This document shows positions 27,338-40,569 of a stretch of 64,000 nt of DNA, piece by piece. Every line of letters starts with the position of its first letter. Position 1 is the stretch's first letter. Both the position numbers and the translations under genes were made by a program. The stretch is taken from NCBI RefSeq assembly GCF_009914755.1, contig NC_060934.1; one strand, given 5' to 3'. Source of the DNA: the human T2T-CHM13v2.0 reference genome, Homo sapiens. The notes under the pieces were generated by a model. The model made no database searches. It had not been told where the DNA came from and saw nothing but the letters and a program-made list of their open reading frames with translations.

Positions 27338-29066
27338 TGTATCAGTGAAAGTAGATTAGATTATACTGCAGCAAAAACAGTAAAATCCTAGTGACAAGTC
27401 AAAAAGGTGTATTTCTTCTCTATTCCATTCTCATGCTATCCTATTGCAGGGAATTCTACTCATTGTAGACATTCAGCAACCCAAGCTGACAAAGCAGCCA
27501 GTATCTTTACAGTGCCAGTTACTATGGCAGAGAGATAAGAAAGCTTTGGAACATCTTATACTGGCAATTAAGTGCACAGCCCAGTAGTGACATAAATCAC
27601 ATTTGCTCATATCTTAGTCTTTTTAGTGTTGCTATACAGGAATACCTGAGGCTAGGTAATTTATAAGAAAAAGAGTTTAAAAAATTATTTATTTATTTAT
27701 TTGTTTGTTTGTTTATTGATTTATTTATGAATGACAGGGTTCTGCTGTGTCACCCAGCCTGGAATACAGTGAAGCAATTATAGCTTACTATAACCTCAAA
27801 CTTCTGGGTTCAAGTGATCCTCCTGTCTCAGCCTCCCAGAGTGCTGGGATTACAGGTGTGAGCTATTGCACCCAGCTGAAGAAAAGAGGTTTATTTGGCT
27901 CACAGTTCTGCAGGCTGTACCAGAAGCATGGCACCAACATTAGGTGAGAGCCTCAGGCTGCTTCCCCTCATGGCAGAAGGTGAAGGGGATCTCTGTGTGT
28001 AGAGATCACATGTTGAGAGAGGAAGCAAGGGGGAAATGCCAGGCTCTTTGCAGGAACTTACTCAGCCCCACCCCTGGACACTAATCTATTTATGAGGGGT
28101 CCACCCTTATGACCCAAACACCTTCTATTAGGCTCTTACCTTCAACACTGGGGATCAAATTTCATCATGAGGTTTTCAGGGGTCAAATATTCAAATCATA
28201 GCAGCTCACAAATTGTTGTCCAGAACTAATTACACAATCTAATTCATCCCTAAGTGTGCCAAGAAGCACCATCCTACAATTGGCCAGAAAAATTGTGGTA
28301 TGGACTGAATTGTGTCCCCTCAAAATCCACATGTTGAAGCTCTAATCCCCAATGTGACTGTATTTTGGGATGAGGACTTTGAACAGGTAATTAAGGTTAA
28401 ATGAGGCCATGAGGACAGGGACCTAATGCCACAGCGCTGATGTCCTGAGAAGAAGAGGAAGAGACAGCAGTTTTCTTAGTCCATTTGTGCTACTATAAAA
28501 AATACCACAAACTGGGTAATTTATAAATAATAGAGCCTATTTCTCACTGTTCTGGAGGCTGGGAAGTCCAAGAGCAAGGCCCAGGCAGGTTTAGTGTGTG
28601 GTGAGGGTCCAGTCTTTGCTTCCAAGATGGCACCGTCTAGGTGTCCTCACGTGCTGGAAGGGATGGAAGGGCAAAAAAGGGCTGAACTAGTTTCTTTGAG
28701 CCCTTTTACAAGGTTTCTGATCCCATTTATGAGGGCAGAGACTTCATGGCCTAATCATCTCCTAGAAGCTCCACCTCTTAATACTGTTGAAATTCAGTTT
28801 CAACATGAAACTGAATGTCGGCAGGGACACAAACACTCACACCATAGCACAAGGGATGCATGTTCATCAAAAGAAGGCCATGTGAGGATACAGCAAGAAC
28901 GTGTTTGTCTACAAGCCAGGAAGGGAGCCCTCACCAGGAACCAAACTGCCCAGCACTCTGATCTCAAACTTCCAGCCTCCAGAGCTGTGAGAAATAAATT
29001 TCTGTTGTTTAAGACACGTTCAAATAGTTTGTGGTATTCTGTTATGGCAAACCGAGCAGACTAATA
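27338..29066. mobile_element. Nested MaLR cluster: MLT1; MST (~27610-28205, with Alu fragment); MLT1A/B (~28295-29066) with an inner MST (~28472-28850)
   Basis: tgtggtatggactgaattgtgtccc start, gcagactaata end, repeated MST termini. Confidence 0.75.
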
Positions 29067-29344
29067 GAAGTTGAGAGTGGAAATGACTAAGTAAACAGAA
29101 CTAATAAGTTGGAAATACATAGACGAATCATTGTATGTTTTTAAAGAACAGACAATGCATATGCCATATACATTTTGCAAGACAGCCACATGCACACAAA
29201 CATAAAAGCCTTCTTCCTTTACTGTAGCTAGCAGAACCATCATAGTAAAATCTGAAACATGCTGATATACAGTATTACACTTATGTAGATAGAAAGAAAC
29301 TTGATGTAAATAAAATGAATATACCAAAATACTCACATTTTATA

Positions 29345-29921
29345 TTTGTTGGGTACCTACTCTGTAAAACGGGTTTTATATTTTAGACAAATCAACGTTT
29401 AGGAGCCCACCCAGCAATCCAGAAAAAGTTCACACAGATGGTGTGGAGTGATGGAAAGGGAAGAAGGAGGTGGCAGATCTACTAAATGATTAAGAGGAAG
29501 GTTGCGAGGACCCATGTTGGGGGGAGCATGGGAGGTGAGGGAGCCCCTGCCCCATTAGTGGTGCCTACCATGGACACCTGCAGAGTAGGCCCAGCTTTCT
29601 GTCTTCTTTCTCTATTTGCTGTCTTTGGATGAGTGAGCCACATTCCATTTGCTTCCATCTCTTACTAAGGGTCAGCCAGGAAATCAGCCCAGTTTTGATC
29701 CTATGGTTGTTATCCTAAAACAGTATCAGTCTCATTTAAAATATATCTACAATTGGCAACAAACACACAAAACTTGGTCTGCCCTTTATGGAAGCGTAAG
29801 TCTTTAATGATTTTCGGTTTCCCTCTGTCCAATTTCCCACCTGTTTCTATTCTTTATTGTTTAGTTTGTGATCTTAAATGCTGGTTTAAAATGATGCTAA
29901 CTTACTCTCTTTTCCTGATGG

Positions 29922-29958
<37 letters not shown>

Positions 29959-30110
29959 CAGAGAGAGAGAGAGAGAAAGAGAGAGGGGTTGCATCTAGTT
30001 CACTTGGTTCATCAGACTTGTTAGTAATATATCCTCTCTTATTGCAGTTTAGTGATTTTCTTTAATTCTTCATCCCTTCCAGTAAGTGGTTTTGGACTCA
30101 TCTAGGGCTT
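29345..30110 (-). repeat. Arm B of the inverted duplication (no Alu; expanded (TG)n(AG)n at ~29924-29985)
   Basis: Reverse-complement match to arm A. Confidence 0.9.
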
Positions 30111-30907
30111 TTTGTTTGTTTGTTTTAAACGGCAATGTTCTCATTCACTACTCAACAATTTGCATGAAACCATTGCATAATTTTGACACACACACATAAT
30201 ACACTTGGGATAATATTTTCAGAAATGGCTTATTTGGGTTTGCCTTTGCTCTTGAAGCTGGCTATTCTGAATGTAACACTTGTTGATCCTCCCAAAGATC
30301 TGATGCTTATGATTGCAGAGGGGCAGCTTGATGCTACCTTGCTTCACGTTCATTTAATCTGACTTTTCCACCAATCTACCCTAAACTCCTTTGAACAGCA
30401 AAGACAGAATATGAATTAATGCTATAATTAGCACTATGTCAAATTATGTCTGAATATGAGAAGGGATAGGAGATAAATATGAAAATGTAAAAGATAATTT
30501 GAGAGCAGTGAGATGAAGTGTGAATGTTTGCACTTAAAAATTTTTATTCTTTGCTGTTAAAATAGTGTTTATGCAAAAATAATTTAGAAGACCATAAAAA
30601 TCCCTGAAGAAAGTCTGAGAAAGAGGTGCAAGGAGAGAGGGAGAATTTCCAGCTTCATCAAAACTGTGTGCAGATGGAGCCTCTGCAGGTTTGTCATCCC
30701 AGCAGTGATGTGGACAACACGAACACAGCAGAGGCAGCCACTGGTCTTTAACGGCACCACCAGCCCATCCCGAAGTCCATCAGAGGCACCTGTGAATCCA
30801 CAGGTTCAGCGGACACTTATTTCCTGGGTGCCTATGCCATGGAGGCCCTCTTCCTAGTGCTCTGTGGATGCTGGTGTGGGCCCCTCTCTACAGCTCTAGG
30901 AAGCAGG

Positions 30908-31340
30908 GGTCTTAGTCTGTTTTCTGTTGCTTATAACAGAATACCTGAAACTGGGTAATTTATAAAGAAAAGAAATGTATTTCTCACAGTTTTGGGGGCT
31001 GGGAAGTCCAAGGTTGAGTGGGTGCATCTGGTGAGCATTTTTTTTGCTGGTGGGGACTCTGCAGAGCCCAGAGGTGGTTCAGGGCATCATATGGCAGGGG
31101 GCTGAGCGTGCCATCTCAAGTCTCTTTTCCCTTTTTATAAGCCAACAGTCCTACTGCATAACACATTAATCCATCAACTCCTTCATCAATCCATTAATCC
31201 AGGAATGGACTAACCTATTCAAGAGGGCAGAACCTTCATCACCCAGTCACCTCTTAAAGGCCCCACCTCTCAATACTGCCATATTGAGGATTAGGTTTCA
31301 ACATGAGTTTTGAAGGGAGGAGTATTCAAATCACAGCAGC
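30908..31340. mobile_element. MST/MLT MaLR LTR
   Basis: gtcttagtctgttttctgttgcttataacagaatacctgaaactgggtaatttataaag. Confidence 0.8.
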
Positions 31341-32099
31341 AGGGACCATTACTACCCTCCTGAGAGAAGGGGACCTCATGGGGGCCATAGTCAAGGGCTC
31401 ACCTCCTGCTGCCAAGCTGGGAGGCTGCATCACCAGCCCAAGTGGCCCGGGCCCCGGGGTTCACGCTTCTGATTCTGGACTCCCTGTCCCCTAACCATCC
31501 CCCATCCCATCCCTCCTTCACTCCCTGGGCTCTACTTTCACGAATCCGCTGTCCCCTCCTCAGGCCACAGCTCTTTCCTCAGCAGACATCATCCTGCCTG
31601 TTACAGAGGAAGTGGGCACTGCCGGGCAGAGCCCCAGCTCTTCTGCACCACGTTCAAGAAGGCAGGCACCACACAGGCAACCTCACGCCTCCTTCGGAAG
31701 CAGATGGAGGTTTTTTTTTTTTTTTTGCACAAGGTTACTCTAACCTGTTTGTCTTCTTGGGGTAACTTGTTCATTCATATATGAATTGTCACCCATTCTA
31801 TCAAACAAATAAAATCACCATGACAATTGCTATTTTTAGGCACATTTTAAAGCTATAAATGAGATCATGTTAGTTAATAAAAATTATCTCCTCAGTTAAA
31901 TGGGTATTAATTACAATTTCCAAAATTACAGCAAACTCTGAACCCTCCTTTTAGACTGGCTGGTACCATCTGTTCTAGCTAGGTATTATACTTTACTTAG
32001 CCATTCCCCTGCTGTTGGACATTTAGGACGTTTCTAATTTGAAATTTAACATTGGGTGGTTTTCCAAGTATTTATGTATATATGTATTGGTGCTGATTA

Positions 32100-32980
32100 T
32101 GACGACGTCAAATTTCTCTCCGTCTCTGCCTGCCGGCTTCAGCTGCGGCCCCTCCTCTCGGAAGGTTCCTCAGGGGTTCTCCTGTCCAGTTAGAGGTTTT
32201 GGGGTTTCCTCCTTACGCTGGTCTCAGCGACTTCCTGCGGCTCAGAAGCAGCACAGGCTGGACCCAACCCCTGCCTCGGAAAACCACTGTGCTGATGCGC
32301 CAGCAGAGGGCCGAGAGGACAGCCGCGTCGGAACCCAGGGGCGACAGTTCCCTGGGGCCAAGGGGAGCCATGTGGAGCCCGGCCCAGGCTTGGCGCCCAG
32401 GCTCGGCCGGGCTGCTGTGCGCGCGGGGAGTCCGGGTGTCCACTGGCCCGAGCCAGGGTCCCGCACTTAGCGATTTCCAAGCGCGACTTAGACGTGGCCT
32501 AGTGGGTGTTTTTCGCTGATGGAAACGCTGGCCGGGACTGCCCCCAGCCTCCGCGGAGAGTGGGAAGCTCCCAGCAGGGGCGCGGCGGGTGCGCTCCGGG
32601 GCCCTCCCCACTGCGGGGCTTCATCATACGAAAAACCTTTGGAAGGGCCTGGAGAGCTTTGGCCTTTGTTTCGTGGGCTGTTTACTGACTTTCGCTCCCA
32701 GTTAAATCTTCCAACCCGAAGACATCCTTCTGAAGTCAGCAGCACAGATTACACCTAAGGGGAGGCGACTCGGCCTTCTTCCCTTCCCTTCCCTTCCCCT
32801 CCTACGGCAGGTCCCGCTGGCGGGAGGACGCCCCGCGAGTGGGGTGGGCCGCGAGCGGGAGGAACACGCACGTCCCGGGGCGGCCGGAGGGGCCCCGCTT
32901 GCGCAGGGGGTTGTCAGAAGACTCGCACGCGGCAGGAGGCCTGGCCGTGGGTGCAGAGTTCCCAGTAGGACGCCCACGAA
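32100..32980. promoter_or_regulatory. Orphan CpG island
   Basis: CpG-dense, GC-rich; no coding exon seen; CTCF-like CCAGCAGAGGGC at 32300-32311. Confidence 0.75.
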
Positions 32981-33567
32981 AAAAACCTAACTCCCATTAT
33001 GTTCTGTAATTCTAGTCTAGCCCCTATTTCATGCTTGATAGAGAGCAGTCGACCCCTTCTTGGTGAATTCTGCCAAGTTAGTCACTTCTCAGTCATGTTA
33101 ATTAATTCTTTTAGAGACAAGGTTCTGCTCTGTCGACCAGGCTGGAGTGCAGTGGAGCGATCACGGCTCACTGCAGCCTCCGCACCTCCGACTCCAGCGA
33201 TCAGATTCGCCTGGGTTGTCCAGCTTTCAAGTCCACCGGGGTCCCCATGGAACTTCTGGCTGCCCTCCCTCCTCAGCCTTTCAGGGAAGATGGGGCTGCT
33301 GTGGGTGCCAAATGTGCCCAAACCACCTGCACCCCTGAGGCGGGTGACACAGCCTCTCCAAGAGCCTTGGTATTGTGCCATCCAGGCTGTCCTTCAACCT
33401 CAGCCCTAGACCAAGGCCTCAGACTTCGGGAAGGAGGCCACTGCACATCCACCCTCAAGCCCACTGCACTCAGCCCAAGGAGCTGAGGGGAGTGAGCAGG
33501 GCCTGGGGCCTGGGCCTGTATCAGGCTTCCTCTCCCAACTCTTCCTGCCCCTACCCGGCCTGGAGGG

Positions 33568-33735
33568 CACAGACACACATAGACACACACAGATATGCAG
33601 AGACACACACACACAGACACGCAGACACGGACACGCATGGATGCACACAGAGACACACAGACACACACACAGACCCAGACACACATACGTGGATGTACAC
33701 AGAGAGACACAGACACACATGGACACACATACACA
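33568..33735. repeat. Degenerate (CA/GACACA)n repeat
   Basis: Direct reading. Confidence 0.9.
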
Positions 33736-34928
33736 ATTCTAGATATAGAGAAGCCGTGCCTGTAGCTTGCAGTGCCATGTGTCTGCACGCACTGCGGGTG
33801 AGGACTACACCAGCTCCGGGGTCGCTCTACTTCATTGCCTTTCCAATCTTTGGTCTCACAGCTGGATGGCACTCTCTAGATGAGAAGCTAGGGTTGTATC
33901 TTTATTTTCTGGTTCCACAGTGACCTCCCCTTTCCCCAGAGCATCCCCGAGTCAGGGTTTCAATGAGGAGGGGATGGTCCTTGGGCCAGAAGGAGCCATC
34001 AGAGGGCAGGGGCAGGCCAGTGTGGGTGGTCCTGGCTGCACTTGGGTCTGTGTGGCTCTGGGCATGGTCGGAGCACATCTCCAAGGCCACATCTTGAGCA
34101 GAGGAGGCTTCTCCTGAGGGGAATGGGCCTTTATTGTCACCATCCTGGGAAGTGGAGACTCTTAGGGAAGGGCATGGACTCGGGAGGGCCTGGGATGTCT
34201 GGGCAAACCCGTAAAGACAGCCCCTTATGTGTAGGTACTGAACAAATTGAGAGCTTTCTCCCAAGAGTGAAGGGTGGGGGCCAAGGCACGGCTTGACCCT
34301 GACTAGTGCTAGTGGGCAGGTCACACCTCTGTCATGCACAGGCCTCCTGGGCCAGGCAGGGGATCAGTTCAGGGACTCTAGGATAGAGGCAAAGCCTGCT
34401 GCTAAGTTCTCTGTTACATTTCCCTTGGCTTCTTCCTGTGTCTTCAGGAAATTTCCACTAAAAGATACCATCTGGGCTCAGCAGCGTGGCAGGCTGCTGG
34501 GAGGACTGGCAGGGTTTTGTGCATGTGGCTTGGTGAGCAGCCCAGAGGGACAGAGCCTGCTTCCTAGGACAGCAAGGCTTACCACAGGGCAGAGCCCTGT
34601 GGACCTGACTCCCCGGGGCTGTGAGCAGGAAAAGTGTGGAGGGAGATGGGAGCTGGGAGAAGGGAAGGGAGGAAGAGAGCCCATGAGTCCTTGAGCCCCC
34701 TGGATAGTTCTAAACAGCGCTGGCCAGTGACCAGGGGTACTCTGCCTTCCAGATCCGGGTGAGAGTGGAATCCCACCTTGGCCTGGGCTTGGTTGGCCAT
34801 GGTGTTGTGCCATTGTCCTCTGTGCACTAAGGAGGCAGTCTTAAAGCATGTCAACCACTGTCCTGCATGAAAGTGTTAGTGCTGAAGTTTAATCATGGTG
34901 TGTGGCTGAGGAGACGGAAACTAGTTTG

Positions 34929-35230
34929 TATTTTTATTCTTTTGAGACAGAGCAAGACTCTGTCTCCCAGGCTGGAGTGCAGTGGTGCCATCATAGCTAG
35001 CTCATTGCAGCCTCGAACTCCTGGGCTCCAGAGATCCTTCTGCCTCAGCCTCCTGAGTAGCTGGGACCACAAGCACGTGTCAGTATGCCTGGCTAATTTT
35101 TTTAATTTTTTGTGGAGACAGAGTCTCCCTGTGTTACCCAGGCTGTTCTTGAACTCCTGGGCTCAAGCGATCCTTCCGCATTGGCCTCCCAAAGTGCGGA
35201 CACTACAGGCGTGAGCCACTGTGCCCAGCC
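34929..35230 (-). mobile_element. AluJ
   Basis: Alu consensus; aaactagttt flanks. Confidence 0.9.
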
Positions 35231-36702
35231 GTAAACTAGTTTTTAAAGCTGATCAAGGGCTTGGTCACTTCATGTTGGACAAGGGGTTGGGTGAGTCATG
35301 ACACTCAGCCTTTCCCATGCAGTGTCTCTTTCCCAAGGGTTCTAGAAGGAGCTGAAGGGGCCACCAGACCCCCATGCACTGCCCTCCCCCACAAAGACCT
35401 CTACTGCACCCCCAGAGGACCCATTGTACCCACGCAGGCGTCTTCGTCCTGAGCCTGAGCTGTCACAACACTGGAATCTGCTCGCTTTTCCCTGGGACAG
35501 CTTTGTGTTACTAGAGTTGGGTCTGAGGTTTGCACATCATGTCGCCCGCCCCAGGTCCCCCCAGGCCAGACACAGGGCACTTTGAGTCCCGGGCCCCCCA
35601 AGTTCCAGCTGATATGTACTATGGGCTTCCTGAGACTTCCCCGGTCCTGGGCACACCTGTTTTGCTGTGGAACTCTTGACTTGGCTTCTGCCTTTGCCTA
35701 GAGTCCTGGAAATGTCCAGAAGCCTGGGGGCGGGGCCAAACAGATCACCCTGTATCTTTCTTCCCTGATTCCCTAGAGCAAATGGCAAACGTTTTGGTTT
35801 TAAATCAGAGACAGTGGACCTCATAGTCTTTGAACATATCCCTTGGTCTTGGTCTCTAGCTCTTTTCGTTTTTCATTTTGAAACCTGGGGGTCTGTTGCC
35901 AGGCCTGGAATCCTGGAGCCCCATCACAGGCAATCTCTTGCGTGCTGTGGCTTCTTGACTGCACCCAATTGTGGTCTAACTCACCCTTTTCTTTCACCTC
36001 CTGTTCTCTCTCCAGCCTTGCAGCTTCAGGACTGCTGATCCTGATTATGCTGTGCAAAGGGTGTTCGTTCCACGGTCACACTGTCTCTATGAGGCAGCAA
36101 CGTCTAGGAGTGTTATCCCCATTGAGGGGGCAGATAAACCAAGGAAGGAGGAGGGCAGGTGCTGGCCCAAGTCACACACAGATGAAGGCACACATGGTCA
36201 CGCATACCTGGGAAAGCTTAGCAGCACTCCTGGCTCTCCTCAGGAGTTCATAGAACCCTGCGCTGTGTGGACCACCGAGCTCAGAAGGGTTGCTGTGTGA
36301 TGCTCGAATCAGGAGGCTCTGATGGACTCTTCCCTTCTCTGTCTCTCCAGCATCTGACTGAGGCACGTTTATGGGACTCTGGCGAGGAAGACTCCGGTTT
36401 GCAGAACACCTCCAATGTAGGCAGAGCACCAATCTAAGCCTGCAGAGACTAGATAATAACAGTTGGAAGATGTCTTTCTTCCCTCCTTCCTTCCCCTTGC
36501 GCCCGCCCCCTCCCCAAACTAGAAAGTGATGGGATCTTTGTGTCATTTGCATGATGACTTCTGGGACTCCTGTGAATTAGTTGCTTCTTCCTTCTATATT
36601 TCCCCAACCCAGGGCCACTGCTTAAATTGAACAAATGATGCATCACAAAACTACAACGGGACTCTTCAAATTCACGGTCGGCGCAATCTGTATGTAATTG
36701 TA

Positions 36703-36730
36703 TTGCAACAATTGTCCAGCAGATGGCAGT
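36703..36730 (+). promoter_or_regulatory. Strong CTCF-type motif
   Basis: CCAGCAGATGGCAGT at 36716-36730 with an upstream TGCAA module. Confidence 0.6.
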
Positions 36731-36929
36731 AAAGTGTCATGAAACAGAGTTGCCTGGTGACCTGTGCTGCACCTTTGTGAGTTAGCGGTGACCAGGCTTC
36801 ACACACTGGACTTACTGGAGTCACTACTAAGCCAAGGCCACAGCAGAAAGAGCACTGCGTTTTGCATGACCTAGGGGCTCCAAGTCGGCCTGGCTGCACC
36901 AGAGCCCTTTCAAAACACGCGGTTTAGTT

Positions 36930-37221
36930 CAGGGCTCACATTGGCCATTGCCTGGTTTTGTTTGGCCAGCAAGGTAAGAATGGTTTTAACATTTTTGAAT
37001 GACTGAAAAAAAAAAAGAAAATAATATTTTGTGGAAGGTAAAACTCACATAAAATTCAAATTTCAGGGTTTGTAAATGAAGTTTTGTTGGACACATGAGT
37101 GCTCATTTGTTCAGTGTTGTCTCTGCTGCTTTGAGTTGAGAAGCCGCTGCAGACACCGTGTGGCCGCAGAGCCTAGAATATTTACTGTCTGGCCCTTTAC
37201 AGGAAAATGTGCAAAGCCCTG
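36930..37221 (+). mobile_element. MER58B-like hAT-Charlie element
   Basis: aagaatggtttt...atatttactgtctggccctttacag...ccctg. Confidence 0.75.
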
Positions 37222-37849
37222 GATTGCTCCTTTGGGACTTCATCAGCTGCAAACCCTCACAGTATTTTTGTGTGTTTGGAAGTAAGAAGAGAGCAAGCGA
37301 GGGCCGAGACCTAATGGGAAGACCCGGCGGCTGGGAGAAGGTGGTTATGAGCTCTCTTATTCCAGGGCACAGCACCCTGTCTGGGAAGTGGGGGGGCAGG
37401 CCTTGGCAGAAGTGATCCCCCTCAGTCCTAGGACTAGCTGCAGTTCCTGTGGCCCTGTCTTCAACGTTACATTCTTGCTTCAGCATCCCTGCTGGTCTGA
37501 GGGTCCTAGTCCGTGCACCAACTTTGATTCCTGGACCTAGCAGAATAATGCTTCCAGATTTTCAAACTCCTTGGGTGACAATTTGAGCATCTGCTAATGT
37601 CAGCCCTGTCTGAAATCCCAGCTGATTTTCAACACTGTGTAAGGGAACTCCTTCATGAGTCTTGGATGGGTAATGGATGATAGGGTCAAGTTGACATTTG
37701 ACAAGAACTTGCTAAACTCTGAAAACCTGAACTTACAGTCCCTGCTCTAGCAGGCCTGGGTTCTCATGGAAACATCCTCAACAGACCAACTCAAGAAAGT
37801 AATTTCCACAGCAAATTGATTTCCCAGAATATGTTCTGTTAAAAGAAGT

Positions 37850-38615
37850 ATGGTTATGATATCTGATCAAATATTCAGCATTATCAGGAAATTCAGCTGT
37901 CTCTACCTTCAAAAAAGGTCCAGAATCCAACCACCTACCTCTTCCTCTGCTGTCACCTGGTCCAAGACTCTGCCACCTCATTCCTAAGGGTTATTGCAAA
38001 AATTTCTCAATGGCTCTCACCGCTTCAGTCCTTGGCCTGTTATAGGCTATTGTCAAGAGAGCGAGCACAGTGGCCATCAAACCAGCAGGGAGCTCCTCAC
38101 CCTCCATCGCTCAAAATCCCACAATGCCCCTCAGCTCACTGATGGCCAAAACCCTCTGCCTTCTGGCCCTGTATGTCTCTGACCTTTTGTGTTTGAGCCT
38201 TTTCCAGTCTGTCCCCAGTGCTCTCCTTGCTATTCCTCTGGGACACTGGGCACACACCTGCTGAGAACATTCACACTGCTGGGTACTTCTGTCTGGAACA
38301 CTCCTCCGCAGACACTCTTCTCTTCTCAGCTTTTGCCCAGATGTCCTTTTCTCCCCAAGGTCTGTCTCGACCCTCCTTCATGTCGCACTCTGTCTCCCCA
38401 CCCCCTGGTGCTGTGCTGTTACTTACGCTGCAGCACTTATCCCCCAGCATCCTATTGGATTTGCTTATTTATTATCTAGTGCTGACTGCTTTTCCTTCTA
38501 GAATGCGAGCTCCACAAGGCCAAGCATGCTTTGTTTATTGATGTGCCCCAAGTGCTTGGAGCAGTATCTGGCATGCAGCAGGTGCCTAGCACATATTTGT
38601 TGAATGAATAAATAA
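37850..38615 (+). mobile_element. LINE-2 3' part
   Basis: Ends gtgcctagcacatatttgttgaatgaataaa. Confidence 0.8.
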
Positions 38616-40204
38616 CGAAATGAATTCTTGAGAGGCAAGCCTGCCCAAGTACTGAAGACTGGGTTGGAACTGTAGGTACTTCCTCCATTAACAAATTATC
38701 TCAAAAAGTTTGGGTATTGTTTTAACAGGGCTCCTGGCCAGGATCCGTGAGTCGGCTTCTTGAAGTGAAAGACAGAACTCTCTGCTCTTCAGGTTCTATC
38801 AGTGCAAAGAGGGCCCACTAAGACCCACTCTGCAGGGCTGTTGAGGAAAGCCCCATCTGACAGGCACCCGACAAAGCTCCTCACACTCCGTAAATGCCAC
38901 CCATCATGAATGTGGCTATGATTAAATTGTGATGAGGACTGTGACCCACAAGACTGGAAAACCAGTTTGGCACCTTGATGCAGATGTTTTCAAGGACTGG
39001 GTTAGAGAATACATACCATCATTCTACTTTTAGCTGTTTTGTTTCATTAAAACCTTTTTGGTTTTAATGAAACAAACCATAACATGTATGACAACCATAA
39101 CATGTATGACAACATAGCATGACAACCATAACAAGTACAATATTTTGGCCAATTTCATTTAATTTGGCACATAGAATGGAAGAAATATTAAGATATTATT
39201 TTCTACATGACTATGTAGCTGGGATGATTGGAACTGAATCATTTATTGCACATTTGAATGGTTAATTTTATTATGCTCACATTGTGTACATATTCTGTGG
39301 CTTATATATAATCAGTAAATATTCTATGACTTATTCCTCTTCAGAAACATGTGGAAAGATGAACAAAAAACAACCACAGCATGACAGGGTTAGGGAATTC
39401 TAGAAATGGAAAAGATGTTAAAAATGGGTTTATAGTAAAATCCAACATCTAGAGGAAGGATTTAAAGTCTAAGCAGAAACCCTTTCTGGCGGTCTGCAGA
39501 AGTCTCCCATCTTGCTAAAGTGTCACATTTGGCACATATTCCTGGAAAACGTTTTAGTGTTTTTCAATTAAATTCCTTACTGCTGTCCCTCTTGCCAACC
39601 TGCTGTTAACTTGCCTCCCGTTGCTGCACCTTCAGTGATTTTCCATTTCCTTTAGGACAGACTCCAGAGAAACTCATAATCTGGCACCAACATATTAAGA
39701 CTGTTACTTCTTTCCACGTGTCCTTTGTCCCAGTCTTGGCCTCAGTGTGAGCTCATATTTCTGTGATAGGGAGCCACCATGCTTTGGGGCTCTGGAGCCA
39801 AGGGGGCAGGCGTGTCACGGAGGCGTTGCCTCATCATTGGGGCTCTGGGGTTCTTCTGTTACCTCTTTTCACACATCAGTGTGGTGGAGGTTGTGATGAG
39901 CCGAGAGGGAATGTCAGTGTTACCAAGCAACCATGAGCCTATGAGAACCCAGTCGGGATTATGGCCACTTGCACTGCGGGTAGCAGGCATTTAGTACACA
40001 GCAAGGACCTGTGCATGGACAATCCTGTGTAGTGTACGAATCACCTCGTGCGTGCTTGTCTATTTCCTCCTGTAGCTAAAACACTGCTCACAAGTCCTTC
40101 CACAGTTACCTATTAAATAATAGTCACCATCTTTTAAGGAACTGATAACTTCTGTTATTTTAAACTGTTCCAGAACACAGCAAAGGATGAAACAGTCTTT
40201 ATCT

Positions 40205-40569
<365 letters not shown>

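Noticed and set aside
28594-29064. 156-aa plus-strand ORF
   Set aside because: Lies entirely within nested MST/MLT1 LTR sequence.
33273-33923. 199-aa and 182-aa ORFs
   Set aside because: Driven by the (CA/TG) repeat at 33568-33735.
39075-39135. Short direct repeats (aaccataacatgtatgac; similar ones at ~19018, ~44012, ~48813, ~56938, ~62290)
   Set aside because: Ordinary slippage duplications; no unique spacers, so not CRISPR-like.
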